In this document: in pieces, positions 42,801-56,486 of the stretch
Layout of the letters: each line of letters opens with the position of its first letter
Numbering within the stretch: position 1 is the stretch's first letter
Assembly (NCBI GenBank): GCA_964016885.1
Contig: OZ024741.1
Coordinates: 143,344,001 to 143,408,000, forward strand
DNA: 64,000 nucleotides
DNA from: Eledone cirrhosa
Lineage: Eukaryota
Direction of reading: 5' to 3'
Translations under genes and position numbers: made by a program
The notes under the pieces: model-generated
What the model was told of the DNA's origin: nothing
Databases searched by the model: none
Seen by the model: the letters and a program-made list of their open reading frames with translations, nothing else

Positions 42801-45800
42801 CAACAGCAACACTTTCCAACACATGTCTGTAACAACAGCAACACTGTCCAACACATGTATGTAACAACAGCAACACTGTCCAACACAGGTATGTAACAAC
42901 AGCAACACTGTCCCACACATGTATGTAACAACAGCAACACTGTCCAACACATGTATGTAACAACAGCAACACTGTCCAACACATGTATGTAACAACAGCA
43001 ACACTGTCCCACACATGTATGTAACAACAGCAACACTGTCCCACACATGTATGTAACAACAGCAACACTTTCCAACACATGTCTGTAACAACAGCAACAC
43101 TGTCCCACACATGTATGTAACAACAGCAACACTGTCCAACACATGTATGAAACAACAGCAACACTGTCCAACACATGTGTGTAACAACAGCAACACTTTC
43201 CAACACATGTCTGTAACAACAGCAACACTGTCCAACACATGTATGTAACAACAGCAACACTGTCCAACACATGTATGTAACAACAGCAACACTGTCCCAC
43301 ACATGTATGTAACAACAGCAACACTGTCCAACACATGTATGTAACAACAGCAACACTGTCCAACACATGTATGTAACAACAGCAACACTGTCCCACACAT
43401 GTATGTAACAACAGCAACACTGTCCCACACATGTATGTAACAACAGCAACACTTTCCAACACATGTATGTAACAACAGCAACACTGTCCCACAATGTATG
43501 TAACAACAGCAATACTGTCCAACACATGTCTGTAACAATAGCAACACTGTCCAACACATGTATGTAACAACAGCAACACTGTCCAACACATGTATGTAAC
43601 AACAGCAACACTGTCCCACACATGTATGTAACAACAGCAACACTGTCCAACACATGTATGTAACAACAGCAACACTGTCCCACACATGTATGTAACAACA
43701 GCAACACTGTCCAACACATGTCTGTAACAACAGCAACACTGTCCAACACATGTATGTAACAACAGCAACACTGTCCAACACATGTATGTAACAACAGCAA
43801 CACTGTCCCACACATGTATGTAACAACAGCAACACTGTCCAACACATGTATGTAACAACAGCAACACTGTCCCACACATGTATGTAACAACAGCAACACT
43901 GTCCAACACATGTATGTAACAACAGCAACACTGTCCAACACATGTATGTAACAACAGCAACACTGTTCCTCACATGTCTGTAACAACAGCAACACTGTCC
44001 AACACATGTATGTAACAACAGCAACACTGTCCAACACATGTATGTAACAACAGCAATACTGTCCCACACATGTATGTAACAACAGCAACGCTGTCCAACA
44101 TATGTATGTAACAACAGCAACACTGTCCCACAATGTATGTAACAACAGCAACACTGTCCAACACATGTATGTAACAACAGCAACACTGTCCAACACATGT
44201 ATGTAACAACAGCAACACTGTCCAACACATGTATGTAACAACAGCAATACTGTCCCAGACATGTATGTAACAACAGCAACACTGTCCAACACATGTATGT
44301 AACAACAGCAACACTGTCCCACAATGTATGTAACAACAGCAACACTGTCCAACACATGTATGTAACAACAGCAACACTGTCCCACATATGTATGTAACAA
44401 CAGCAACACTGTCCCACAATGTATGTAACAACAGCAACACTGTCCAACACATGTATGTAACAACAGCAACACTGTCCCACACATGTATGAAACAACAGCA
44501 ACACTGTCCAACACATGTCTGTAACAACAGCAACACTGTTCCTCACATGTCTGTAACAACAGCAACACTGTCCCACACATGTATGTAACAACAGCAACAC
44601 TGTCCAACACATGTATGTAACAACAGCAACACTGTCCAACACATGTATGTAACAACAGCAACACTGTCCAACACATGTATGTAACAACAGCAACACTGTT
44701 CCTCACATGTCTGTAACAACAGCAACACTGTCCAACACATGTATGTAACAACAGCAACACTGTCCAACACATGTATGTAACAACAGCAATACTGTCCCAC
44801 ACATGTATGTAACAACAGCAACGCTGTCCAACATATGTATGTAACAACAGCAACACTGTCCCACAATGTATGTAACAACAGCAACACTGTCCAACACATG
44901 TATGTAACAACAGCAACACTGTCCAACACATGTATGTAACAACAGCAACACTGTCCAACACATGTATGTAACAACAGCAATACTGTCCCACACATGTATG
45001 TAACAACAGCAACACTGTCCAACACATGTATGTAACAACAGCAACACTGTCCCACAATGTATGTAACAACAGCAACACTGTCCAACACATGTATGTAACA
45101 ACAGCAACACTGTCCCACATATGTATGTAACAACAGCAACACTGTCCCACAATGTATGTAACAACAGCAACACTGTCCAACACATGTATGTAACAACAGC
45201 AACACTGTCCCACACATGTATGAAACAACAGCAACACTGTCCAACACATGTCTGTAACAACAGCAACACTGTTCCTCACATGTCTGTAACAACAGCAACA
45301 CTGTCCCACACATGTATGTAACAACAGCAACACTGTCCAACACATGTATGTAACAACAGCAATACTGTCCCACACATGTATGTAACAACAGCAACGCTGT
45401 CCAACATATGTGTGTAACAACAGCAACACTGTCCAACACATGTATGTAACAACAGCAACACTGTCCCACATATGTATGTAACAACAGCAACACTGTCCCA
45501 CAATGTATGTAACAACAGCAACACTGTCCAACACATGTATGTAACAACAGCAACACTGTCCCACACATGTATGAAACAACAGCAATACTGTCCCACACAT
45601 GTATGTAACAACAGCAACACTGTCCAACACATGTATGTAACAACAGCAACACTGTCCCACACATGTATGTAACAACAGCAACACTGTCCAACACATGTAT
45701 GAAACAACAGCAACACTGTCCCACAATGTATGTAACAACAGCAACACTGTCCCACACATGTATGTAACAACAGCAACACTGTCCAACACATGTATGAAAC

Positions 45801-46622
45801 AACAGCAACACTGTCCCACAATGTATGTAACAACAGCAACACTGTCCCACACATGTATGTAACAACAGCAACACTGTCCAACACATGTATGTAACAACAG
45901 CAACACTGTCCAACACATGTATGTAACAACAGCAACACTGTCCAACACATGTATGTAACAACAGCAACACTGTCCAACACATGTATGTAACAACAGCAAC
46001 ACTGTCCAACACATGTATGTAACAAGAGCAACACTGTCCAACACATGTCTGTAACAACAGCAATACTGTCCAACACATGTATGTAACAACAGCAACACTG
46101 TCCCACAATGTATGTAACAACAGCAACACTGTCCCACACATGTATGTAACAACAGCAACACTGTCCAACACATGTATGTAACAACAGCAACACTGTCCAA
46201 CACATGTATGTAACAACAGCAACACTGTCCCACAATGTATGTAACAACAGCAACACTGTCCAACACGTGTATGTAACAACAGCAACACTCTCCAACACAT
46301 GTATGAAACAACAGCAACACTGTCCAACACATGTACGTAACAACAGCAACACTGTCCAACACATGTATGTAACAACAGCAACACTGTCCAACACATGTAT
46401 GTAACAACAGCAACACTGTCCCACACATGTATGTAACGACAGCAACACTGTCCCACAATGTATGTAACAACAGCAACACTGTCCCACACATGTATGTAAC
46501 AACAGCAACACTGTCCAACACATGTATGTAACAACAGCAACACTGTCCCACACATGTATGTAACAACAGCAACACTGTCCCACACATGTATGTAACAACA
46601 GCACTACTCCACACATGTATGT
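30848..46622. repeat. Satellite array, 32-bp unit CACTGTCCAACACATGTATGTAACAACAGCAA (31-bp variant ...CCCACAATG...), roughly 495 copies
   Basis: Period 32 read directly (ctgtcc at 30851 and 30883); the translated repeat is 32 aa, equal to 3 units; lies in intron 1 of the host gene. Copy number estimated from array length. Confidence 0.98.
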
Positions 46623-47544
46623 AACAGTAGCAACGTTATCATATCAGTGAGTACTCAATTTCTCTGAATGAAAGACATTTTAGGATTTAATGTTCTTTCT
46701 TTACAGGTTTCTGTCATTGTACTCAACTGCTGAACCGTTTGAAAACTGTTGGTTTCCAGTGGGAATGTTTGCAGTACATGTGCCTCTTTCAACCTTTCTC
46801 TTGTATATGGCCTTTTATCATTTTGCTTAGGCGGTTTTTTTCAGTTTCAGCTGCAGCACAGCCTGAATGGGATGGTGTGTTTTGCTTAAGAACACAATGT
46901 GCAACCCAGGCCAGGAATCAAACACACAGCAATACAGATGTGGTCATCAATTTAATTCTCAGTAGACTCTCTGGTTGGCTCAATGTTTTTTTTTTGTTTT
47001 GTTTTGTTTTTGTGACTTGAATGGTGAGCAAAAGATGTGTCATCAATACCAAAACTGTTACTGATTCAGAAGAGCAAAAATTGTTCCCTGTTGTCAGTAG
47101 CCTTTTTCTTTGATGCATGGAGCCCTATCACTTGTTCAGCACCACTTTTATTGTTATCCACCTGCAGGTTCCAATTCCAATGACCAACTTGACATTGTGG
47201 CTGGGAACTTCATTGAGAAATGTTTTAGTGATATTCATAGAATGGCAAGTAATCCTGGATCACTGACACCTTTAAAAACTAAATTTGAATCCAAGTTGTT
47301 ATGATTCGATTATTGACCAGCCAATCAATACTCTGGTTATTTCTGCATAAAGTATCAACCCTACTCTATGTACATGTTGGGCTTCAGAATTTGAGACATG
47401 GAGTTCGATTCTCCATAGTGGCTTGCTGGCAATGTTTTTCTAAAGCTATTATTATATATAGCAATTGACTGTTGTTAGTTATTTTCTACATTGGGATCCT
47501 ATGAGTACACAGGTGAAACTCCAGAGTAACAAGACTCATCACTT

Positions 47545-47850
47545 AGTCATAAGACTCACAATTATGAGGTTATGAATTTGATCCCCAGACCAGGTGATAC
47601 ATCGTGTCATTGAGCAAAACACTTTTTTATGTTGCTCCAGTTCATTCAGCTGGAAAAAATTACTTGCGATGTTACAGGTGCCAAGCTGTATTGACGTTTC
47701 CCTTTCCCTTGGACAACATTGGTGGTGTGGAGAGAGGAGACTGGTTTGCTGAGTGAATTCTGATCTTCCACAAAAACACCTTGCTCAGTCTCGTGCCTTA
47801 GAGGGTAACTTTCTAGGTGCAAAACCCAAGGTTATTTGTGATTGAAAGGA
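47545..47850 (+). mobile_element. Second SINE family (tRNA-like head, CORE-like ttgagcaaaacactt segment), decayed
   Basis: gactcacaattatgaggttatgaatttgatcccc head followed by gtgtcattgagcaaaacactt...gttgctccag. Confidence 0.55.
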
Positions 47851-48964
47851 CTCTTTACATATATATAAATTTATCAAAAACATATTAGTGAAAGAAAAAG
47901 TAGAATATCCATCAAAATTTTAAATTTTAAAGAAACAGGTAAAAAAAATATTTAAATAGTGCACTAATTGATTGATAATTGAATCAACTTTCATGTTTTA
48001 AAGTTCTAAAATTGTTAATATATGGATGAGAATCAATAGATAATATATAATCTGCACAATTTAACATCAGGATGAGGAAATTAATTGTGACAACTATAGA
48101 ATATAAACATATATGTCACAAAATCATTAATGTCCTTGTGAAAGATCTGTAGAAGACACAACAATTGAAGTTATCATCATCATTTTACGTCCGCTTTTCC
48201 CTGCTTGCAAGGTCAACTGCTTAATTATCAATCAAGTATTAGTATTTATTGTGTTGCTGTGGTTGTATGCTTATTTTATATATATTATGTATATAATTAT
48301 TACAAGGCCATTAAACACGACAACATTAAAAGCCTTATTTCCTCAAAAGGAATTCAAATTGCTAATTCGAACAATGCAAATAGAAGCATTTTGTATTATT
48401 TTCGAGTTATTGTAAATGTGAACGACAAAGCATGGATGAACCGAGAGAGAGACTGGATATAAGAGGAATCAGATGTAGTGTACATGAGAGAAAACTGCAC
48501 TGGTATGGACATGTGATGTGTACGGATTATGATCATTAAGTGAAGAAGTGGCAAGAAATCCCAGTGAAAGGAAACTGCAGTAGAGGAAGACCAGGGTGGA
48601 AGTGGAGAGAGCTGATCTCAAACCGTTGAAGCTAACAGAGATGACTAAGGAATATGAGGAGGTATACTGTTCTGAAAAGGACCCATTAAGCATGGAGAAA
48701 CAGACAAAAAATGATGATGATGAATCTTCAATAGAAATAAAGTTTTCCACTTTGTGAACATTTGAAACTTAATATATTCTGATCATTTTAAAATAACAAT
48801 AAATTGCTAAAAATAAAAACCAGGCATGATTAAGTTTTGATATATTTCTAAGTTTCTATATCTGTTTTACACTTATTTTCTAATTTAAAAAAAAAGCAAG
48901 TAGTTTGAAAATAAATTTCATTTAAATAATAATTTTTTAATAATAATTAAGTATCATATTTAAT

Positions 48965-50440
48965 ATCCATTTTTCCATGCTAGCATGGAAAAATTGAGAC
49001 AAGTCAAGTCAGATGACCACTTTTCTAGCCCATACAGAACTGATTTTTGGCTTGGTTTCTACAACTGGATGACCTCCCTAACGCCAACCCCATTTACAGT
49101 GTAGGCCAGGCGTTTTTTGCCCTGTCATCTACACAACCACTTTACAGTGTGGGCTGGGTGCTTTTTGTTATGTCACCATCATGACCACTTTATCATGTGG
49201 GCTGAGGATTTTGGTGGGGGAGATGTGTGGGAATTGGGGAGGTAGATATGTGTGAGGGGTGGAGTGTTAGGACATGGGAGGTGTATGGAAGGGGGATAGA
49301 GGTGAAGATGGTGCATACTAGATGTATGCTTCAGCCTGTGCTCATGAGAAGGCAGGTCTTCTGTATTACTGCATAACGCTAGAAATCTTGGTCTGGTGCC
49401 ATCACCTTTGAGAGGTGTGATTGTACAAAGCCAGCTTTTATCACTGCATCCCAAGTTTTCCTACTGCATAGTTTCCATCAACTTTGAGCGTTCTGCACCT
49501 TTTTATACAGCTGTCATCCTTCATACGCATCACATGTCCATAACAACACAACCTCCTCTCCTGCACATTGCACCTGATCCCCCTTATGCCCAGTTCCTCT
49601 TTCAGTTCATTAAATTTTGCCGTTCACGTATATTACTATTACACATCTATCAAAGCATGCAAGCTTCATTTCTTTCCAATTTTCACAGGTCCTCTGCACA
49701 CAGCGCCCAGGCTTCACTACCATGCACCATTGCATCATCAATCTACCTTTCATAGCTAGCAGTGGTAGTAACTCCCTAAACTTTTTCCATCCCATTCTCA
49801 CTCTGACTACTGTACTTTTGGAATACCCACCTCCATTGCTAATTTAGCTACCCAGGTAGCAGAAGCTGTCTACTGTTTCTACTGAACCTTCTAACAATTT
49901 GATAGTGCTAAGTTTCCTGTGGTCGTTTGCTGCTTACTATTCCCATGCAATGGCCTCATATAAAACCTACTTTCTTAGCTAAACTGCCTGAGATCCCACT
50001 TCATCTCTTGTGCACCCAGTTTGTATTTGGGACAGAGGATAGAATTTCTACCTATGCCTTTCCTACACACTGAGCAAGGCCATTTCCCTGAGGGGGTCTT
50101 GGCTCTGTTTTCCTTTCTACTTCCTGGGCCCTTAGTCTGTCTTTGTCAGGTTGACTTTAAGACCCTTTGTTTCTAGGCCATGCTTCCAGGTTTGGAATTT
50201 CTTTTCTAATTCTGCCATAGATTCAGCTAAAAGTGTGAGATTATCTGCATACAAGAGTTCCCATGGGCAGCCAGTTTTAAACTCCTTTGTTATAGCCTGC
50301 AGGACTATAAATAGGAGATGACTAAGAATAGAGCCCTTGTGGATGTCTACCTGCACATTAAATTCTTCACTATAGTCATTATTAATCCTAATTTTGCTTA
50401 CTGCTCCTCTATACATGGCTTGTACAGCCTTCACAAGCCC
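48965..50440 (-). mobile_element. 5'-truncated RTE LINE (family A), RT C-terminal half to 3' UTR
   Basis: ORF 50132..50434 (AVQAMY...GCPWELLYADNL...KVNLTKT); RMGWKKFRELLPLL; family-A 3' UTR repeats. Confidence 0.88.
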
Positions 50441-50444
50441 TCAT

Positions 50445-51560
50445 CTGGTGGATGTTGGTCGGGGTGAAGCCAAAACAGTGTAGGTCAGAAGAACAAACAT
50501 ACACTGTTAGTCTGTCTGTCTACTGTCAGGAGCGTAAGTACCAAATTGTATAAATGATACCACATTGAGGCTGAAGGCATATCTTGTTTTTGCAGGTGTC
50601 AAGATCCAGTTGGCGGAATCATGGATGACCTTTTCCAAACTGTTGATGTGGCCTGAGAAGGTTGCTAACAGAGGTTTTATGATCCTGGATAGGAGTCATG
50701 ATATCTCGTATAATGGTCCTTCTATGCAGGAAAGAATGGGCCTGATTTTATATTGGGTCCTTATGGGTTTTAATAAGCTGGTAAAAGGTGGGGAGTCAGC
50801 TGTTCCTTGTAATAAAGTTGTTTTGAAATTTCTTTGGGAGCTTTCATCAGTCACAAATGTTGGTCCACATGGTATTGATCGAGCCCTTGATCATTGTGGT
50901 TGTGATTCCAGTGACTTCAGAGCAGAGACTGCTCTCATTAAGATGTTGGTGAGCTAATTCATTGTAAGCCTCTCTGGTGATGATGTAGAACTTTTTTCCC
51001 TTGTTGGGATTCCTTGATTTTATATCTCTTAGGGTGGTAAGTTGCGATCTGAAGAGGTTATGGGGTGTATGAATGTGTGTGTTTCGGTAGAATATGTGAT
51101 ATGGTGTGTTTAAGTTTTGTGAGTTTTGTCTCGCAGTCATGGTTGGCAGATGGAGAGTGAAGAGGGTTGTCAAGGTGGTAGGTGGGGAATTTGGAATTAG
51201 GTGCTGTGGTGGTGGTAATCTTGGTGGTATTGATGGTGGTCAGCCATCTGAGCTGGTATGCAGCTCTGCAGAATTTGGCTTCGATGTCAGAATGAAGTTG
51301 GGGCCGAGATGAAGGAGTTCAAGTTTACCATTTGAGGTCAGTGACGAGATGTTCGTTGTTGTTGATCTGTGGGTCAAAGCTGGTTATTGTGTCAGTGGTG
51401 TCCACAGAGGTCTCTTGGACTATGTTTCGTTGGTTAGGTTGTTGTTGATGTGTTCATTGCGGTCAACCTGTGGGTTCTCAACTTCATTGGTGCTGACAAT
51501 GGTGTTTATTAAGGATTCAGTCAAATTTTCTTATACTGGATTAAGATGTGGTAACACTGG
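50445..51560 (-). mobile_element. Penelope-like element fragment (N-terminal region and start of RT), decayed
   Basis: Minus-strand motifs LLHLGPNF, NKGKKFYII..EAY...HL, FYQLIKTHK, IRPILSCIEGPLYEIS*LLSRIIKPLL, matching the PLE RT signature (DKG, FYxLxKxHK, RPIxS). Boundaries approximate. Confidence 0.8.
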
Positions 51561-51599
51561 TTGATTGTTGCAGTTTATGGTTCTTAAATAAAATTATGA

Positions 51600-51747
51600 T
51601 GGATAAGCTTCTGCAGTTTCCGTTTACCAAATTCCACTGACAAAACTTAGGTCAATCTGAGGTTATCGTATAAGACACTTGCCGAAGGTGTCATACAGCA
51701 GGATTGAACCCAGAATCACGTGGTTGTGAAGCAAATTCCTTAACCAC
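51600..51747 (-). mobile_element. SINE 5' fragment with tRNA-like head
   Basis: Reverse complement reads gtggttaagg...gggttcaatcc...ttcggcaagtgtctt (A box, B box, CORE-like segment). Confidence 0.65.
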
Positions 51748-51748
51748 A

Positions 51749-52480
51749 GAGCAAGATGGTTGGATAACATCTATGAGCTCGGCTGGTCTTGCTTGGAGAT
51801 CCAATCAGATCAATTGGAGCAAGTTGCTTTTGATAGGACACTCTGGAAGATGTGTCTGAGGACTCTGCCCCTACAACCTTCCCAGGAATAAGTGGGCAAA
51901 AAGATTTAAATTTAAACAGGAATCCTTTAAAATAGGTGTTTTTGTCTCTGATTGTGTCCATCTCATGTCTACACAATAGACAGATTGATATCAACAGGAC
52001 TAAAAACCAAATACATGTAACTGGTTAACTGTATTTTATTCTTTTTTCAAATATATTAATAACTTGAAACAGGGCTGTAATCGATTCTTCTTTGCTCACT
52101 CATTCCTGAGAGGGTCATAGGGGCAGAGTCCACAAACACTTCTTCCAGTAGGTCCTGTCTGAAGCAACCATCTCCAATTGATCTGGCTGGATCCTCAAGT
52201 GAGACCAGCCGAGCTCATGGATGTTATCCAACCATCTTGCTCGGGGTCAACCTCTGGGTCCCCTGCTGGTTGGTTTTGCCCATAAAACCTTTCCTGAGAC
52301 ATTCTAACCACATGCTCATAATATAGGAGCTGTGATTTCTCAATTCAGAGAGCGACTCTCTAATCTCTAAGCAACGCACTCTATCATGTAACATTACTCC
52401 AAAAACCCTTCAGAGACATTCTGGCCACTTGTATTCTTTTGGTCATTACGCAAGATTCATAAGGGTTGGCACAAATTGAA
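51749..52480. mobile_element. Two RTE family-B 3' fragments in inverted orientation (+ about 51749-51900; - about 52095-52480)
   Basis: agcaagatggttggataacatc...gctggtct has its reverse complement at about 52202-52242. Confidence 0.75.
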
Positions 52481-53329
52481 GATAGCAAGTTTGGCTATTA
52501 CACCTACCTCCCTTCTTCTGAAGCTGGTGCATTACTGCACCAGCTCCAGTAGTGCAGCTCCAGTAGTGTGTATGTCCCATATTCTCTCCCACTATACTTT
52601 AAGATTCCCTTCCTACTCCTCTTCACACCTTCATCTCATTCTACTCTTCCTTTTTTTATATAGCTATCACCCACTTCATTGTTACCATCAGAGTGCTGAA
52701 TGAATGTGTTTTATTACTCTTCTTATTGTCTCTCTCTCTCTCATATTATAACCACCCCTTAGTTTCACTCATCTGGCCCTTCAATCTTTTATTCTTTATC
52801 TTTTCTTTGTCTCTTATTTTCTATCTCTTATTCTTTCAGTTTCTCCTTAACTGTCAGCATGTATGCTTTGTTTCTCTTGAACAGAAAACCACATTTCTAC
52901 TAGATGTGTAACATTAGCATGCATGAACAATGGAGCACATGTGAACTGAGAAAAAAGCTGACTATAAGAAGAATTAGATGAAGAGTACCTGGGAGATGGT
53001 TGCATTGGTACAGAAATATGATGTATTTGGAAAATGACAGCTGTATAAAGAAATGCCAAGTATTTGAAGTGAATGGAACCTATGGAGGAAGGAGATCAGG
53101 GAAGACATAAAATGAAGTGGTGAAGACTGACATCAAAGAACAGAACTTCACCGTGTTGAGAAGACACATGACTGTGATAACAGATGACTCACTGTGTTGG
53201 AGAAAACCCACCCACCAGTACAAACATAGCCACATGAGTGCAAAAATTAAAAGTAGTGATGATGAAGGTGATGGATGCTAAGATTTACTCACAGCCCTCT
53301 CTTTTATGAACCTGCTATGATACCCACTA

Positions 53330-53662
53330 CAGGTGACGAATTGGCAGAGTTGTTAGAATGTCAGATCAAACACTTTGCAATATTCCCTCTGGCTCTCTAT
53401 GTTCTGAGTTCAAATCCCATCTAGGTCAACTTTGCCTTTCATCCTTTTGAAGTTGATAAAAAAAGTGCCAATCCAATATTGGGGTTGATTCTTCCTCTAC
53501 TATCTCTTTCTCACTTACTTTCTATCACTCCCCTTCCTTCTCTGGAAGAAATTGGTTGTGTTCAGACCTGGAGAGGAGATGGGCTCTGCCAGGTTTTAAA
53601 AATGCCCAAGAAAAGCTGTATATGTCACTGCGACACTCCTATGACTCCAACACGAGTTACAA
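53330..53662 (+). mobile_element. tRNA-derived SINE, Meta-like core, long-tail subfamily
   Basis: ggtgacgaattggcagagttgttag head, gagttcaaatcc, gtcaactttgcctttcatcctt core. Confidence 0.82.
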
Positions 53663-55206
53663 GTACATACATACATAATAACCATTATACCATGTTAAAT
53701 CACGAGGTGAGGGAAAGACAGGATCTGATCAACCCATATCCAATCCCTTCACCACTTCCCATCATCACTATTACCACTCATACTGTCTCCCTTTCTCACT
53801 ATCATCCTTACCTTGATACTGGATCTGACCATTTTCACATTACTACCACTTCTCCCTCATGAGTACTTTTGTTGACAATACCCCAGTACCATACAGGGGG
53901 GGGGGGGGTGACAGGTGAGATTTGGGTCTGCTGTATATATTTGAATGTGTGGAGGGGGAGCAACAAACTCAAAGACTGCCCCAGGACAGCTACACCACTG
54001 CATTACCCACCAACTCAACTCACCATCACCAATATCTGATGCTGTATCTATCACTTGTGTCCATATTCAATACCATCACCCACTCTCATTATCATCTTAG
54101 ATGAGACACTCAGATGATATCTACCACTCCACCTTCCCTGTGGTACCCATCAATCACATTCTCCTACCATGACACATCACTATTCTAAAATATTTTCATG
54201 GAAATTGTTCTGATGAGCTTTCCTTGTTGTTACTTTGTCCTCATGATTTTAAAGGTAGCACCAAATTTGTCTAGTTCTCATCCATTTACAGTTGAAGTTC
54301 CTAAATGTAATCACAAATACTATTCTGATGTTTTCTTTACTTGCACATCTTGGCTATGAAATTCTCTTCTGTCTTCTTGCTTTTCTGACCACAATTTTCA
54401 AAAATTCAAAAGCAATGTCAATCATCATCTTCTCTCTCTTTGAATTAAGTTCTCTCAGTCTCATCCATTTCCATTCTCAGTAACCATTTTAGTGCTTTCC
54501 TTAAAGTGAGTAAATTAAAAAAGAATTCTTTTGTGTTGCTTATGCTGGTTCTCTACCTAACTACTCTACTGAACTCCACATCCACCACTCTCACTTATGC
54601 CAAACTATCATTATTTCCTCCTTCACATTCAAGTCATACACTCTCCCGATTCAACCCTTGGTCATTACCTCCTCCAAATCACCCTCTTAGTCCTGTTTAC
54701 CTCAAATGGCGGAAGACTGTATGGAGCGGAGAGGTGCCATTAGCTTTGCAATAGGCAAGACACCCTCTTTAGTGTTAGGTGTTAGTGCTATGTGCCATGA
54801 TTAAATGCACTCAGTACACACAGTAAAGTGGTTGACAGCCAAAAGGAGACAGACAACATCGGGAAGAGAGAACTAATTAATCTTGTTGAGTACATGACAA
54901 CCTTTGTAGTGATGGTGCCATGATAAAACGCATGCAGTACACTCTGTAACATGGTTGATGTTCAGAAGAGCATCCAGCTGTAGAAACCATACCAAAATTT
55001 GAAAAGTACAAGCATAAGCATGAAGTGGTTCCAGTAACTCCGAATAAGAACTGACTCAGATAGTGACGACCAGTACAAACCATGCCAGCATGTAAAGCTG
55101 TAAGGGCTATATATATTTAGAGAGAGAGAGGTGGGGAGACGAGTCAATGAAGGAGCTTCGAAAACTTGTAATAGCGGTCAAATTTCCCTCAAATCATACT
55201 CACACC

Positions 55207-55479
55207 TAAGGCTGGATTTAGTGGGGAGCAAATGTCCCGGGTCTCCTGCAGTGGTGGAGCGCACCAGCGACTGCCGTAGCAATTTATTTGTGCCCTCGGC
55301 TGGGTTTTTTAGTTTTAGGATGGTTAGATTTTTCAAATGTAATACCTGTATAACTTTTTAATTCCAATTATTTGCGCCAGGCTAACTTTGATATGTAAGA
55401 TTGGGAGGTTTGCTGTGTATTCTAATTTGTTTGTGTAAGTGGGGACCCCCCCCCCCCCTCCGGTCTAAATCCAACCCTG
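55207..55479. mobile_element. hAT-type MITE (273 bp) with imperfect 15-bp TIRs and 8-bp TSD CTCACACC
   Basis: taaggctggatttag ... ctaaatccaaccctg; ctcacacc at 55199-55206 and 55480-55487. Confidence 0.85.
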
Positions 55480-56351
55480 CTCACACCGTCGTACCAGCTT
55501 TAAAAAGGGATACAGTAAATATAGCACTCCATCACTGTGTAGGGAATAAAGACAAAAAGAGCACAATTGGAACGTCTTTACGGTAGGTCTAACATGAGGG
55601 CTAAAACGTCAATTACCTCAAGCTTCTTTAATATAACGAGTTAAGATTCGTTGTGATGAAATAGAATTACTTATCTAGAAATGGACAATAACAATAAAAA
55701 ATTAGGAAGAAAAAAGCATGCATACTCCTTCAATTATACGCAACAATATGCTGCTGTTTACTTCTATAAAAATTATTGCATGTTATGCGGACATTTAAGC
55801 AGAACCATTCAAATGGATAGAAAGAGAAAAACACATACAGGAAATACATATTGGAAAGCTGAGAGTTGAGACTAAATTGTGGAATTACCCTTCGTTCTAC
55901 ATGCTTCAGCCGCTAACCGAAATATCGAGAAGATACTCCAGTTTTAGAAAGAATGTTATTTTCAAGGATAGAATACCACTGTATCCAAGAAAAGGAGTGG
56001 TATTTCATCCACACCTAACACTAGAAATCGGAGTCAACACTCTATTTCAGAGTTATGGGTATGTTTTCCGTTTAACAGCCGACATCTAATTGTTAGATCT
56101 ATAATGGCAACATAAAGCACCAGGCTATACTACAAGTATTGATAGATTTCATTCTAGTTTTTAGAGCCATATAATTTCCTATTAAAGTAATAATCTTGAC
56201 ACATGCATATATATATACATACACAAACACTCCAACTATGTATATGTATGAGTGTACACATTCAAGTTACTCGATACAGAGATTTCTATCCACTCACTGG
56301 ATATGATCGATTCCTCCACTAAAGAACTTCTCGGTTACAAGATGATGTATA

Positions 56352-56453
56352 ATAACTGTTTCTACTTTAGGTACAAGGCCAGCAATATATCAGTGCATTA
56401 CTGGTACTTTATTTTATCGACCCCGTAAGGATGAAAGGCAAAGTTAACCTCGG
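56352..56453 (-). mobile_element. 5'-truncated SINE (short subfamily)
   Basis: 3' half matches 17415-17520. Confidence 0.8.
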
Positions 56454-56486
56454 AACGTGTGACAAACACGTCATCACACCATACAA

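Noticed and set aside
30805-46616. Giant Cys-rich ORFs (up to 2997 aa) as real genes
   Set aside because: They are open in all three frames as a consequence of the 32-bp unit, 31-bp variants shift frame freely, and there is no unique N- or C-terminus. Not called as CDS.
30848-46622. CRISPR array (32-bp repeats)
   Set aside because: Units are contiguous with no unique spacers, there are no cas genes, and the context is eukaryotic.
46647-46706. 60-nt + strand intron (GTGAGT...TACAG) implying the satellite is a coding exon
   Set aside because: The + strand of the array is full of stop codons and no downstream ORF is recognisable.
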